A DNA stretch of 64,000 nucleotides from Syntrophorhabdaceae bacterium (GTDB taxonomy: Bacteria > Desulfobacterota > Syntrophorhabdia > Syntrophorhabdales > Syntrophorhabdaceae): NCBI GenBank assembly GCA_963666485.2, contig CAXXUO010000009.1:256001-320000 (forward strand), written 5' to 3'. Shown here piece by piece: positions 18,324-27,824 of this stretch; position 1 is the stretch's first letter, and each line of letters starts with the position of its first letter. Both the position numbers and the translations under genes were made by a program. Under the pieces are notes generated by a model that worked only from the letters and a program-made list of their open reading frames with translations, searched no databases and was not told the DNA's origin.

Positions 18324-19588
18324 TTTCGTGCCCCTGCCGCGGCCCCTTCGCACCCTGCCGGAAGCACGCCGCGGGACGGTATCATGTCCGGGCGGTGCTC
18401 CTTCAAGGCCGGGACGACAAGCCTTACCATCTTCTCACGGTCTTTGGCATTGACAAAAGCGTGGAGCGGCATAGATATCAGCCTGTCAGCAACCAGGCGC
18501 GCGCGGGGGAAGCTCAAGCCCGCGAAACGGTGCGCGATCTGCGGGATCTCGTTCGCAGGCGACGGGTACATGTGCGTTATGCCCAGTCCCATCCTCGCGG
18601 ACGCGGCGCATATCCTTTTCTTCTCTTCGCGGTTCTTCACGATTACAGGCAATCGCAGGTACGAAACCGGGCCTGACTGCCCCGGCTGACCGCAGGCCTT
18701 TATTTCCCTGCTGAGGCAGGCAGCCTGTTCCTTTCGCGTCGCGATCGCTTTTTCGAGCCTCTCCCGCCACGTGACGCATAGTCCTGCCTGCATGGACGAA
18801 AACCGTTCTACAGGAAAATGTGCATCAAAAAATGTCTGGCCCAACTTAAGGAAGGGCATCGCCGCCGGGATCCAGTATAAACAAGGACGGATAAAAAAGG
18901 TCATTAACGCCGTTCTTGCAAAATCTCTTATGACCCGCCCTTTTGCCGGACAGCCTATCCGGTCATACTGATTCTGAATTGAGGCAGCCAGGCTGTCCGA
19001 GTCGGTCACGATTATACCTCCCGACCCGCACGTTACCGCCTTTCCCCTGCCGAGGCTGAAAAACCCGGCGTCGCCGATAGTCCCCAGGTATCTGTTCCCT
19101 GACTTTCCTCCCATGGCCTGGGCAGCGTCCTCGAGAACGAATATGTTCTTTTGGCTGCACATCTCTGCAATATCATCCATTTTCGAGGGTATGCCGAAAA
19201 GATGGTTGGGGATGACGCACAGGGTTTTTTCGTTGAGTGTTAGATCCAATTCAACCAGATCGAGATCGAGTGACGAGGCATCGATGTCGCACAGTGCGAC
19301 GGCAAGGCCTGCCCGGACTATAGCAGAGGGTACCGAAAAACAGGTATACGCCGGTATCAGGACCTCCGTTCGCTCGGGCCTTAAGGACCTCATTGCCATG
19401 AGGATGACATAGAGCGAAGCCTTGCCGGATGAAGTGAAGAACACGTGCTTAACCCCGAAGTATTCCCGGACCTCGTCTCTCAATTTTTCATTGTATGGTG
19501 TGCCCGCCAGGAAACCCTTGACCCCGTTCCAAAGGTCAGAAAAGCCGAGCGGCGCGGCGGTTGGGGGTAGGGTTCGCCGGACTCTCAT
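18320..19588 (-). CDS. DegT/DnrJ/EryC1/StrS PLP-dependent sugar aminotransferase
   Basis: LIPAYTC, HLFG, LEDAAQAMG, FSLGRGKAV (PLP lysine). Confidence 0.85.
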   Translation of the reverse strand: MRVRRTLPPTAAPLGFSDLWNGVKGFLAGTPYNEKLRDEVREYFGVKHVFFTSSGKASLYVILMAMRSLRPERTEVLIPAYTCFSVPSAIVRAGLAVALCDIDASSLDLDLVELDLTLNEKTLCVIPNHLFGIPSKMDDIAEMCSQKNIFVLEDAAQAMGGKSGNRYLGTIGDAGFFSLGRGKAVTCGSGGIIVTDSDSLAASIQNQYDRIGCPAKGRVIRDFARTALMTFFIRPCLYWIPAAMPFLKLGQTFFDAHFPVERFSSMQAGLCVTWRERLEKAIATRKEQAACLSREIKACGQPGQSGPVSYLRLPVIVKNREEKKRICAASARMGLGITHMYPSPANEIPQIAHRFAGLSFPRARLVADRLISMPLHAFVNAKDREKMVRLVVPALKEHRPDMIPSRGVLPAGCEGAAAGARK

Positions 19589-19637
19589 GCTATTGACCTC
19601 GCTGATCTGAAATAGGCATAACGGGATTTCGGGTTTC

Positions 19638-20678
19638 CTAGGGCAGGTTTTTTACCACGGACGGCCCGACCAGTTTCGTCAACGGCACCGGCAGGTGCTG
19701 CCAGATCTTTATGGCCAGGCTGTATTTCGGGTTATGGGGATTTATCTCGGGAAGAGGCTCGCCGTTCTCCATCCAGTAGTGCCAGTACAGCTGCCTGGGT
19801 TTGGCGCCCCATTGCTCCTTGAACTTATACGTTCCTTCGCCCGGGGTCGACCGGCCGAAATCGAAGACCTTAATGCCCTGCCGGCAGGCAAGCTGCAGCA
19901 CGCTGGAATACAGGAGCATGTTCGTCCCGAACCTGTTGAACTTCTTAAGTGACGATGCCCAGGGGATCTCCATAGTGTCTTTGAAGCTTATGAGGAAACC
20001 CGATGCCGCCGGGACGCCCTCTTTCGTATAAACAGTGCAGATGCGGGTCCTTTCGGGGAACGTCGTGAGGATATTCCGGAAGAACTTCAGGGAATAAACG
20101 GGCGTCCCGAGGTCCCGCATATTGCGTGAAAAGACGTCATAAAAGCTGCGCAGTTCCCCGCGGCCGCCGAAATGCACTGTCATGCCCTCCTTGACGGCGC
20201 GCCGTATCTGGCTTCGCAGCTTTGACCCGAAAGATGCCTCGAGAGTGTCGAATCTTTCCGGAAGATCGAGGAGCATGGTCACCTTGGAGATTTTTACCGG
20301 CATCTGAGGCAGAACATTGTCGCAATGCCTTAATTCGATATGCTTCATGCCTGCGACGCCCGCAATGACCGCTGCCTCGCGCACAAGGTTTGCACGCACC
20401 TCGCCATCGTCATTGTCCGTGCATATGCCGCCGTAATTCAAGAACGGCATCGATATCCCGAAGCTTCCGAAGAGCATGCTTTTCAGATGGACAACAGGGA
20501 GGATGCCATTTATGGATCCCGCGTTATCATGGGAGAGCAGATACCACGTCCTGTGACCGAACGTTCTTTCTATGATCTCCTTCCAGCCTGAAAGGTGGCA
20601 ACAGGTGGCATTTTCGCTGTTCATGACGTAATCGTCCCAGGCGTCGCGGTAACTCGGGTCGTAAAGATGGACCTTCAT
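19638..20678 (-). CDS. FemAB-related protein of the type found in PEP-CTERM/exosortase-associated EPS loci
   Basis: SMPFLNYGG, KLRSQIRR, NMRDLGTPV, FDFGRST...YKFKEQWGA, INPHNPKY. Start at ATG 20678 (ATGA overlap). Confidence 0.9.
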   Translation of the reverse strand: MKVHLYDPSYRDAWDDYVMNSENATCCHLSGWKEIIERTFGHRTWYLLSHDNAGSINGILPVVHLKSMLFGSFGISMPFLNYGGICTDNDDGEVRANLVREAAVIAGVAGMKHIELRHCDNVLPQMPVKISKVTMLLDLPERFDTLEASFGSKLRSQIRRAVKEGMTVHFGGRGELRSFYDVFSRNMRDLGTPVYSLKFFRNILTTFPERTRICTVYTKEGVPAASGFLISFKDTMEIPWASSLKKFNRFGTNMLLYSSVLQLACRQGIKVFDFGRSTPGEGTYKFKEQWGAKPRQLYWHYWMENGEPLPEINPHNPKYSLAIKIWQHLPVPLTKLVGPSVVKNLP

Positions 20679-21586
20679 GACCGTATCTCTTCGCCGGGTC
20701 CCCCGGCAGGAAGCGCTGCGTCTTCCAGATCGAGGAAGTGCGAACACGGCACAAAATTGCTTTTCCTGAACGTCATAAAAAAATGTTCCAGCCTCTTCAG
20801 GGTTTTATCGAGGTTGAGATAATGCCGGATGCGGGCCAGTGAACCGATCCCGAGGGATTGCCTCGGTTGGGCAGGGTCTATTTCCCAGGGGTGGCAGTAA
20901 AATACGTAGTGGCCCTGGTCCTGCAATATCCTCGAGACACCCAGCTCAAAAAGATGCGTCGGCCAGAACCTGAAATAACCCCCGCCTGCCCACGGTATCG
21001 TCTTCCCGGCTACATTAAGGTTGCTTACCGGCAATTCTTTCACGCCATTTATGAATGCGAGATGGCCCTGTGATGTCACCTCGAGGCCATATACCCTCCC
21101 GTGGCGCTTATCGAGGGCAAAGTTGTTGTAGCTTGAATCATAGGCAAAGCCAAGTTCCCGAAGGATGCCTACGAGGTCGCCGGTGATAGAAAAATTGGGC
21201 GCCCGGTATCCGAGCGGGGCCCGGCCGGTGATCTCGCCAAGGACCTCCCTGCTCATCTCAAGGTCTTTGCGCAGTTCCGATACGGAAAGATCGCTGCATA
21301 ACCTGTGATAATAGCCGTGCGACGCGACCTCGTGGCCCATGGCCGCTATTTTCTTTACAAGGTCTTTACGCCGCTTCGCCACCCAGCCAAGGATGAAAAA
21401 TGTCGCCCGGACCCCGTAAAGGTCAAAGAGTTCGAGAAGCTTATAAGCGTTCCCCTCGATACGCGACTCACAAAGCTCCCATTTTTCATGGGGAAAGCAG
21501 GCCCTCAGGTTCTCAACCTGGAACCAGTCTTCGAAGTCGACTGTAACGATCAGTGAACCCGGTACGCCGGGCTTACGGGCACCCAT
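20675..21586 (-). CDS. Polysaccharide deacetylase (DUF3473 / PEP-CTERM-locus subtype)
   Basis: TVDFEDWFQV, ATFFILGWVA, HEVASHG, GYRAPNFSI, GGGYFR, FYCHPWEIDPAQPR. Confidence 0.9.
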   Translation of the reverse strand: MGARKPGVPGSLIVTVDFEDWFQVENLRACFPHEKWELCESRIEGNAYKLLELFDLYGVRATFFILGWVAKRRKDLVKKIAAMGHEVASHGYYHRLCSDLSVSELRKDLEMSREVLGEITGRAPLGYRAPNFSITGDLVGILRELGFAYDSSYNNFALDKRHGRVYGLEVTSQGHLAFINGVKELPVSNLNVAGKTIPWAGGGYFRFWPTHLFELGVSRILQDQGHYVFYCHPWEIDPAQPRQSLGIGSLARIRHYLNLDKTLKRLEHFFMTFRKSNFVPCSHFLDLEDAALPAGGPGEEIRS

Positions 21587-21591
21587 CGTCC

Positions 21592-23103
21592 TTAGCGTGC
21601 CCCGTCCTTGAGAAGGACCACGCCCACAGTCCTGAGGATTATCTTCAGATCGAGGAAAAGAGACATGTTCTTGACATAATAGAGATCATATTCGAGTTTG
21701 GTCCGGGCATCTTCCACCGATGCCCCGTACCGGTAATTTATCTGCGCCCACCCGGTAAGTCCCGGTTTTATCGTGTGCCGGACAAAATAATACGGTACCT
21801 GCTTCTCGAGGATATCGACAAATTCCGGCCTCTCGGGACGGGGGCCGACGAGGCTCATGTCGCCCTTGAATATGTTCCAGATCTGGGGGAGTTCATCAAC
21901 GTGCGTCAGGCGCAGGACCCTGCCGACGCGGGTGACACGGGGATCTTTCTCTTTCGCCCATTGCGCCCCGCCCTCCTCGGCCCGGTATTGCATCGAGCGG
22001 AATTTATAGATCGTGAACGCCTCACGGTCCTTACCCACTCTTCGCTGCGTGTAAAAGATCGGCCCCGGGGAATCGAGCTTGATGGCAAGAACGGCAAAAC
22101 CGAGTACCGGGCTCATCGCGAGAAGAATAAGGCCGGACGCGATAAAATCCATCAGGCGCTTGAATTTCTGCACATAGTCCGCCCGAAGCAGGTAAAAACC
22201 CTGGGCGAAGAGGAGCCACTGGTCGCCGATGCTCCCGACCGGGATCCTGCCGGTCAATGCCTCGTACACGTCAGCCATATCGAGAACGTTGATACCCTTC
22301 AGCCGTGCCTCCAGGACGTTCCTGACCAGGTGTTCGGAGCGATTCCTGGGTATCGCCAGAATGGTCGTATCGACGCTCGCCCTGCCGGCAATTTCGACTA
22401 TCCGGTCGGTCCCTCCGATAACGGCCGGGCCCGACGGATCACTGAACAATGAAGGATCGTCATCAATAAACCCTTTGATCTCATAGGGCGACAGGGGAGA
22501 CTTGAGGAGCTTATAGATGGTCTTCCCGCATGCACCTGCGCCGAGGATCAGGACCGGCTTGCGCTGACCCGATTTCTGGAACATTATTCCATAGCCGAAC
22601 CGCCACAGGTTCAGGAAATACCAGGAGAGTACCGCCTCGAGGAGCATGACGCCCCGTCCGTAGGGCCAAAGCGGTGCTATATAGAAGATGGATACGACAA
22701 TGATGGTTCCGAGACCGACGGCGATCGCGCTGCGAAATGCCGTTTCCCATGAGCGGAAGACCCGCTGGACATTGTAGAGGTCAAAAATATACAGGGCTAC
22801 CGGATAAAGGGCGAGGGTGAAGGACGGCTCGACTGCATACGCGGTGACCGTATCCCAGCTGAAACGTATTCTGAGGCCGATGCTGAGAATGACGGCGCAC
22901 AGGATCAATACGACGTCTCCGAGCAGGAGAAGCCAGCGGTGCCGGGGAAATCCGAGGGTCACATATGAATCCGCCTTCAGGCCATGACCTATGTCCCTTA
23001 CGGGCGATGCATCGGCGTCAACCGCTGTCGCATCGGGGAAGAACAGGTGTCCGGAGGAATCTTTGAAACCCCATGTGTTCGCATCCTTTATCGCCTTGTG
23101 CAT
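21592..23103 (-). CDS. Priming undecaprenyl-phosphate glycosylphosphotransferase (WbaP/WcaJ family)
   Basis: KRLMD, YKFRSM, DPRVTRVGRVLR, DELPQ, GDMSLVGPRPERP, KPGLTGWAQ. Confidence 0.95.
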   Translation of the reverse strand: MHKAIKDANTWGFKDSSGHLFFPDATAVDADASPVRDIGHGLKADSYVTLGFPRHRWLLLLGDVVLILCAVILSIGLRIRFSWDTVTAYAVEPSFTLALYPVALYIFDLYNVQRVFRSWETAFRSAIAVGLGTIIVVSIFYIAPLWPYGRGVMLLEAVLSWYFLNLWRFGYGIMFQKSGQRKPVLILGAGACGKTIYKLLKSPLSPYEIKGFIDDDPSLFSDPSGPAVIGGTDRIVEIAGRASVDTTILAIPRNRSEHLVRNVLEARLKGINVLDMADVYEALTGRIPVGSIGDQWLLFAQGFYLLRADYVQKFKRLMDFIASGLILLAMSPVLGFAVLAIKLDSPGPIFYTQRRVGKDREAFTIYKFRSMQYRAEEGGAQWAKEKDPRVTRVGRVLRLTHVDELPQIWNIFKGDMSLVGPRPERPEFVDILEKQVPYYFVRHTIKPGLTGWAQINYRYGASVEDARTKLEYDLYYVKNMSLFLDLKIILRTVGVVLLKDGAR

Positions 23104-23130
23104 GTCTCTTTCCCGGGAGCCTTTCGTTCG

Positions 23131-23862
23131 CTAGAGCCGGTCGTAAATGAACTGCGGGATGTAGTGCCGGCGTTTATTGAAAACCACACCGAGAACGTTT
23201 CCTCCTTCCGAGACTATCTTTTCCTTGAGGCCCAGTGCAGCCTGCCAGCGTGTCTTTTCGGCCTCGACGACGATTATCACCCCGTCTACCATGGACATCA
23301 TCGACGGTCCGTTCGCAAACAACTCCTGGGGATAATCAATGATCGTAAGGTCAAATTGCTGATTCAGGGCATTCCAGAAACCACTCCCGTTCTCGTTGAG
23401 AGAGATCTGAACGCGAGGCGAATCGGCCCAGAGGAAAAAAGGAAGGACAGACATGCCGCCCCCATTCACGGGATAGATAGCCCCGTCGAGGGGGGCCTTT
23501 CTTTCCAGAATATCCTCCAGGCTGACAGACGGGTCTATTGCCCGACACGTGAATCCATCGCAGCCTCCCTGGCAGTCGACGAGAAGGGCCTTCTTATCGA
23601 GCCGGGATGTAACGGTCTTTGCAAGTTCCCGGGCAATGGTGGATACCCCTTCTTTCGAACGTGGCCCCACGAAAAGGATACTGCGGTGATCCCGGTCCGG
23701 AAGGGTTGTGGCGATCGTATAGTAGAGCGAACTCATTTCGGCATCTATTCCGTACACCTCAATATCAGGGGATATGTTCCCGGATAATGTCGGGGACGAA
23801 ACAGTTTTCGCATCTGTGACGCCCAGATCGCGTCTCTCAAGTGCATCATAAATTTTGCTCAT
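23131..23862 (-). CDS. Stand-alone CpsD/CapB (BY-kinase-like) P-loop protein with degenerate Walker A
   Basis: MSKIYDALER start, EGVSTIA, LLVDC, IIDYP, DGVIIVVEAEKT, LGVVFN. Confidence 0.8.
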   Translation of the reverse strand: MSKIYDALERRDLGVTDAKTVSSPTLSGNISPDIEVYGIDAEMSSLYYTIATTLPDRDHRSILFVGPRSKEGVSTIARELAKTVTSRLDKKALLVDCQGGCDGFTCRAIDPSVSLEDILERKAPLDGAIYPVNGGGMSVLPFFLWADSPRVQISLNENGSGFWNALNQQFDLTIIDYPQELFANGPSMMSMVDGVIIVVEAEKTRWQAALGLKEKIVSEGGNVLGVVFNKRRHYIPQFIYDRL

Positions 23863-23921
23863 TTTGCCTCCTCAAGCGGGAATCGGATACCCCGAGGCCC
23901 CGCATTGTTCGTGTCGGTCTA

Positions 23922-25148
23922 TCAGTGGACCGTCCCCTGGCCATCCTTTAATTCCGGAAAGCTCAATACGCTGCCCACGTGAATAACATTAGGGTTAACG
24001 ACATGAGGGTTGTTTTCGGCGATCGTTTTCATTGTCCGGGAATCGACCTTGCCATAGATCTGTCGGGACAACTTGTACAGGGTATCGCCGGGGGCAACGG
24101 ATTTCTTTGTGACGGACCTTTTCTCAACGAGCGCTGACTGCTCTTCTTCTGCCGGTTTATTTTCGGCAACCGGGATGACCGCTTTCATCGCGGCATCGGG
24201 TTTCTTTTGCTGGCTTACCGTGACTGGCTTCAACCTGCTGCGCACAACATCGTGATTTGGTATGATCCATGCCATGGCTATGAGGAAAATGGTCAACGCG
24301 GATAAAGCCGGAAACCACCACCTGCCGCCCGAAGGCCATTTGACGCCATCGAAGTCATGTATTATCTCCCTGACTATCCCGCGCGTGACCTGCCGTTTGC
24401 GATAACCGAAACCGGTGATCAGCGCATTATCGCAAAGAATATTTATGGTGCGCGGTATCCCTTTTGCTTTTCTGATTATGGCAGGGAGCGCGTACCGTGT
24501 AAAAATGGAGGATGCCGCTGCCCCTGCTTTCTGCAATCTGTACCGGATGTATTCAAGGCTCTCTTTCTCGGTCAGCGGCAGGATCGTGGATTTTATTGCC
24601 AGGCGCTGCTTAAGTTGCCGCAACCGGTGCTCCTTGAGCTGCTCCTCAAATTCCGGCTGCCCGATCAGCACGATCTGTATCAGCTTTTCGCGGGATGTTT
24701 CGAGGTTTGAGAGCATCCGCAGGTCTTCCAGTGTATCGATGGGCATGTTCTGCGCCTCGTCAATGACAAGGACGACGGTATTCCCCTGGTTGTATTCCTC
24801 GATAAGGAATTCATAAAGCCGGTTGGTCATTTCGACAACATCCTGTGTATCGATCTCGAGATCGAGGTCCCTGTATATTGTCCTCAAAAGCCCTTCGTAA
24901 GAAAGCCTCGCATTGAAGACGTAAATAATTTTGAGATGCGTCCTGTCTGCCCTTTCGAGGTACGACCGGAGGATAGTCGTCTTCCCTACCCCCACTGCGC
25001 CGACTATCCCCACAAAACCCTTCTTTTTCTCGATGCCGTATATGATCGCAGCAAGCGCTTCTTTATGGCTCGGGCTCAGGTACAGGAACTCGGGGTCCGG
25101 CGTTATATGAAACGGTTGTTTCTTGAGATTGTAAAAATTAAGGTACAT
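23922..25148 (-). CDS. ExeA-like AAA ATPase with TM helix and C-terminal LysM
   Basis: MYLNFYNLKKQPFHITPDP, GAVGVGKTT, VIDEAQN, LIGQPE, GIPRTINILCD; tail VAPGDTLYKLS...NPNVIHVGSVL. Confidence 0.9.
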   Translation of the reverse strand: MYLNFYNLKKQPFHITPDPEFLYLSPSHKEALAAIIYGIEKKKGFVGIVGAVGVGKTTILRSYLERADRTHLKIIYVFNARLSYEGLLRTIYRDLDLEIDTQDVVEMTNRLYEFLIEEYNQGNTVVLVIDEAQNMPIDTLEDLRMLSNLETSREKLIQIVLIGQPEFEEQLKEHRLRQLKQRLAIKSTILPLTEKESLEYIRYRLQKAGAAASSIFTRYALPAIIRKAKGIPRTINILCDNALITGFGYRKRQVTRGIVREIIHDFDGVKWPSGGRWWFPALSALTIFLIAMAWIIPNHDVVRSRLKPVTVSQQKKPDAAMKAVIPVAENKPAEEEQSALVEKRSVTKKSVAPGDTLYKLSRQIYGKVDSRTMKTIAENNPHVVNPNVIHVGSVLSFPELKDGQGTVH

Positions 25149-25180
25149 AGTTCACCATCCCGTTATCTCGTCCGGATGCT

Positions 25181-26557
25181 TCAGTCTCTTCTCATGACCG
25201 ATACGAGAACTGGAACACCCAGCGTTTTCTGTGCACTTGCCGGGGTCGGCATGCCCGGGGTCATAAGCTCAAGGGCAATTGCAAAGGCCACTCCCGCCGC
25301 AATACCGCCGAAAAAGCCCCCGGCTACCATCGCACCCTTCGTTATCTTTTGCTTCTTGGGGAAAGCGGGGACGGTGGCTTTCTGGACAATGCTCACTGCG
25401 ACCATCTTTTGCCGGTCCATGTCGTCCATGATCAGTGATTCCTCGAGCTTCCGCGCATATATCTGGTGGTTCTGTTCCAGTTGGGCCGCCTCGCGTCTTA
25501 ACGTCTGAAACTGGCGCCCGTTATTGTCAAGTGTGTTCAATTCATTTTCCACATCGCGTATCTGGGCCTTTATGCTCCCGAGCCGGGCACGGGCAACAAC
25601 GAGCTGCCCTTCCGTCTTTCCGATCTCAACCTGCCGCGCCTCCTCGTTGCTTTTCCTGATCGATTGTTTCAATGAGGCAAGGTCCTGCTGGACGGCAAGC
25701 ACAGCCCGTGATGTCTCGGTATATTTCTGAAGGAGGGCCTGCTCTTTCTGCTGGAGGCTTATCGATTGATTGCGCACCTCCGGGGGCATTTCGACTGTCC
25801 ATTTCGGGCTCCGGACGAAAGCGAGCTTCTGCTCGAGTTCGGTCGTTTCGTTCTGGGCGACTTTCAATTTGCTGTCAAGCATGCCGCGAAGGTTGATCAG
25901 GTTGGTCTTCTGTTCCTCGAACGAAAATACCTTGTTCTTGATCCTGAAGTCCGACAGGTTATTCTCGGAATCCCGCAGGCGCTGCTGGAACGCTTTTTCC
26001 TGGCGCTCGAGAAAGGCCGTTGTCTTGCCTCCGAACACATCAAGGTGCTTGTCCTTGAAATCATCGACCAGCGTGTTGACCACCTTTGCCGCCGTTTCCG
26101 GGTCGCGATGGGCGAACGCTACCTGGATAAGCCCCGAATTGGGAGCGTTCGAGACATTCAGGTCTTCTTCAAACGTCGATATTGCGGCCTGTTTCGATCT
26201 TTCATCCTTCGCTTTAAAATCTGGATAGATAGTCTTCAGGCCGACCTTATCGATAACGCGCATGATCAGGTCCCTGCTCGTCAATATGCTCAGCTCGCTC
26301 TTCATGATAGTTTCGGGCTGAATAAGAAGACCCGGCGCCGTGTTTGTCCCGTCGGACGATCTCATGAATTCCCTGCCGAGCTTGACGAGAAGAATGCTTT
26401 TCGCCTCAAAGACACGGGGCGCAAGAAGGGCATAGAGTGACAGAGACCCGAAGATCACGAGGAAGACCACGAGGATCGTGTATTTCCTCTTGAAAATAAC
26501 CGAGAGAATATCCCGTATATTTGAAAAATCTATGGGTTGATATTTTTTTTCGTCCAT
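25181..26557 (-). CDS. Polysaccharide chain-length determinant (GumC/Wzc periplasmic part)
   Basis: Two TM segments flanking a long coiled coil; ILTSRDL; C-terminal LGVPVL. Confidence 0.85.
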   Translation of the reverse strand: MDEKKYQPIDFSNIRDILSVIFKRKYTILVVFLVIFGSLSLYALLAPRVFEAKSILLVKLGREFMRSSDGTNTAPGLLIQPETIMKSELSILTSRDLIMRVIDKVGLKTIYPDFKAKDERSKQAAISTFEEDLNVSNAPNSGLIQVAFAHRDPETAAKVVNTLVDDFKDKHLDVFGGKTTAFLERQEKAFQQRLRDSENNLSDFRIKNKVFSFEEQKTNLINLRGMLDSKLKVAQNETTELEQKLAFVRSPKWTVEMPPEVRNQSISLQQKEQALLQKYTETSRAVLAVQQDLASLKQSIRKSNEEARQVEIGKTEGQLVVARARLGSIKAQIRDVENELNTLDNNGRQFQTLRREAAQLEQNHQIYARKLEESLIMDDMDRQKMVAVSIVQKATVPAFPKKQKITKGAMVAGGFFGGIAAGVAFAIALELMTPGMPTPASAQKTLGVPVLVSVMRRD

Positions 26558-26581
26558 TGTTTGTCGACCTCCTTCCGGTGG

Positions 26582-27364
26582 CTACGGTGTGATCACAGTG
26601 GTGGTGTAGCGGTCGGGGTAGACATTCGTAAAACCGCCAAGGGAGTATCTATACGGATTTGCAAATGTCTGCCAGCCGGGGAATCCTCCGGGGACGACCC
26701 TGTTGATATACTCGTCCACGAATTTATCGAGCCTCGCTATGTTGGATTTGGGTACGTAAACTATATCGTAGGGCATAAGATGTATGTCCTGCGCCAAGTC
26801 CGTCCCGTTTATCACCTTCGTGAGATCGATATTGGCCGCCATGGGACTCCCTTCGAAATCCTTGCGGAGGACTATGACATTGCTGATTCGCGCCGTTTCG
26901 CGTAACCCGCGCGCCTGCGCTATCGCCCTCATAACAGTGGTCGGGCCTTTGAGCTCAATGAGTCCGGGAAGGACGACCTCACCATCGACAAATATCCTCT
27001 GGTCCGAAAAATTACGTACGACAATGGTCACGTCCGGTTTTCTCACCTCTGTCAAGTATTTCTGGGTGACCTGTTCCTTCAACTGATTTGGTGTCAATCC
27101 GGCCGCTTTTATCTCCGAAGCCAGCTGGAGGGATATTCTCCCGTCCGGCCTTACGGGGACGGCCATCTCATTCAGTTCCGGGTTATTTGTGAATTTAACG
27201 TCGAGTACATCCCCCGGGGCGATAGTATATTCCTTTCCTGGATATGCTTTTGATTGCTGGTCCATCTGGCTTATTGAAGCCGGGTTCCTGACCGCGTTCG
27301 GAGCACATGAAACCAGAAGGACCAAACCCAAAAAAGCTGATAAAATTGCCGTTCCCGATCTCAT
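26582..27364 (-). CDS. wza: Polysaccharide export lipoprotein (Wza-like)
   Basis: Lipobox LVSC; YTIAPGDVL, VRPDGRISL, AAGLT, GEVVLPG, DIVYVP. Confidence 0.9.
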   Translation of the reverse strand: MRSGTAILSAFLGLVLLVSCAPNAVRNPASISQMDQQSKAYPGKEYTIAPGDVLDVKFTNNPELNEMAVPVRPDGRISLQLASEIKAAGLTPNQLKEQVTQKYLTEVRKPDVTIVVRNFSDQRIFVDGEVVLPGLIELKGPTTVMRAIAQARGLRETARISNVIVLRKDFEGSPMAANIDLTKVINGTDLAQDIHLMPYDIVYVPKSNIARLDKFVDEYINRVVPGGFPGWQTFANPYRYSLGGFTNVYPDRYTTTVITP

Positions 27365-27374
27365 ATTCTTCTCC

Positions 27375-27629
27375 TTATTTCTGTCTATCCGGCCGTTGTT
27401 TCGGCGAACTCGTTTCGATATCCGGGGCTTCGACGCTGTCTCCTACCTTGTAAAGGTCCGCTTTGCCGCGAAGTTCGATAAAGCGGGTCTGTCCCCCATC
27501 GCAGTTCACAAGGGCCCTGCTTCCCTGTTTTTCGAGAATGACGCATCGTGCAGGCTGGCTGTAACCCAAGCCTGCGCATGCCAAAAATGCAAGAATGATC
27601 AGGAGCCCCCTCATACCGTGCCTTGCCAT
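27375..27629 (-). CDS. Small secreted protein, 84 aa, first gene before wza
   Basis: RBS GGGAGG, hydrophobic signal peptide, 10 bp gap to wza. Confidence 0.7.
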   Translation of the reverse strand: MARHGMRGLLIILAFLACAGLGYSQPARCVILEKQGSRALVNCDGGQTRFIELRGKADLYKVGDSVEAPDIETSSPKQRPDRQK

Positions 27630-27662
27630 GTCTGCCTCCCTTTATGTCTCCCCGTGCGCGGG

Positions 27663-27691
27663 CAGGCTACCGCCATCCGGCTTCCTGCCGG
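27663..27691 (-). promoter_or_regulatory. ops/JUMPStart-like element
   Basis: Minus strand reads CCGGCAGGAAGCCGG (hairpin), AT, GGCGGTAGCCTG, which matches the ops consensus GGCGGTAGnnTG; 33 nt before ATG 27629. Confidence 0.55.
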
Positions 27692-27824
27692 TCTTGTTTC
27701 TTGTCCCTTGAAGTGCCGGGGACTGGGGTCGACCAAATACATTCATCTCGTCTATGACACGGCCGGTGAAACGCCGTGCCGGTTGCTTCGTTCTGATGCG
27801 CCGCGATCAGGTCCGCAGCGCCCG

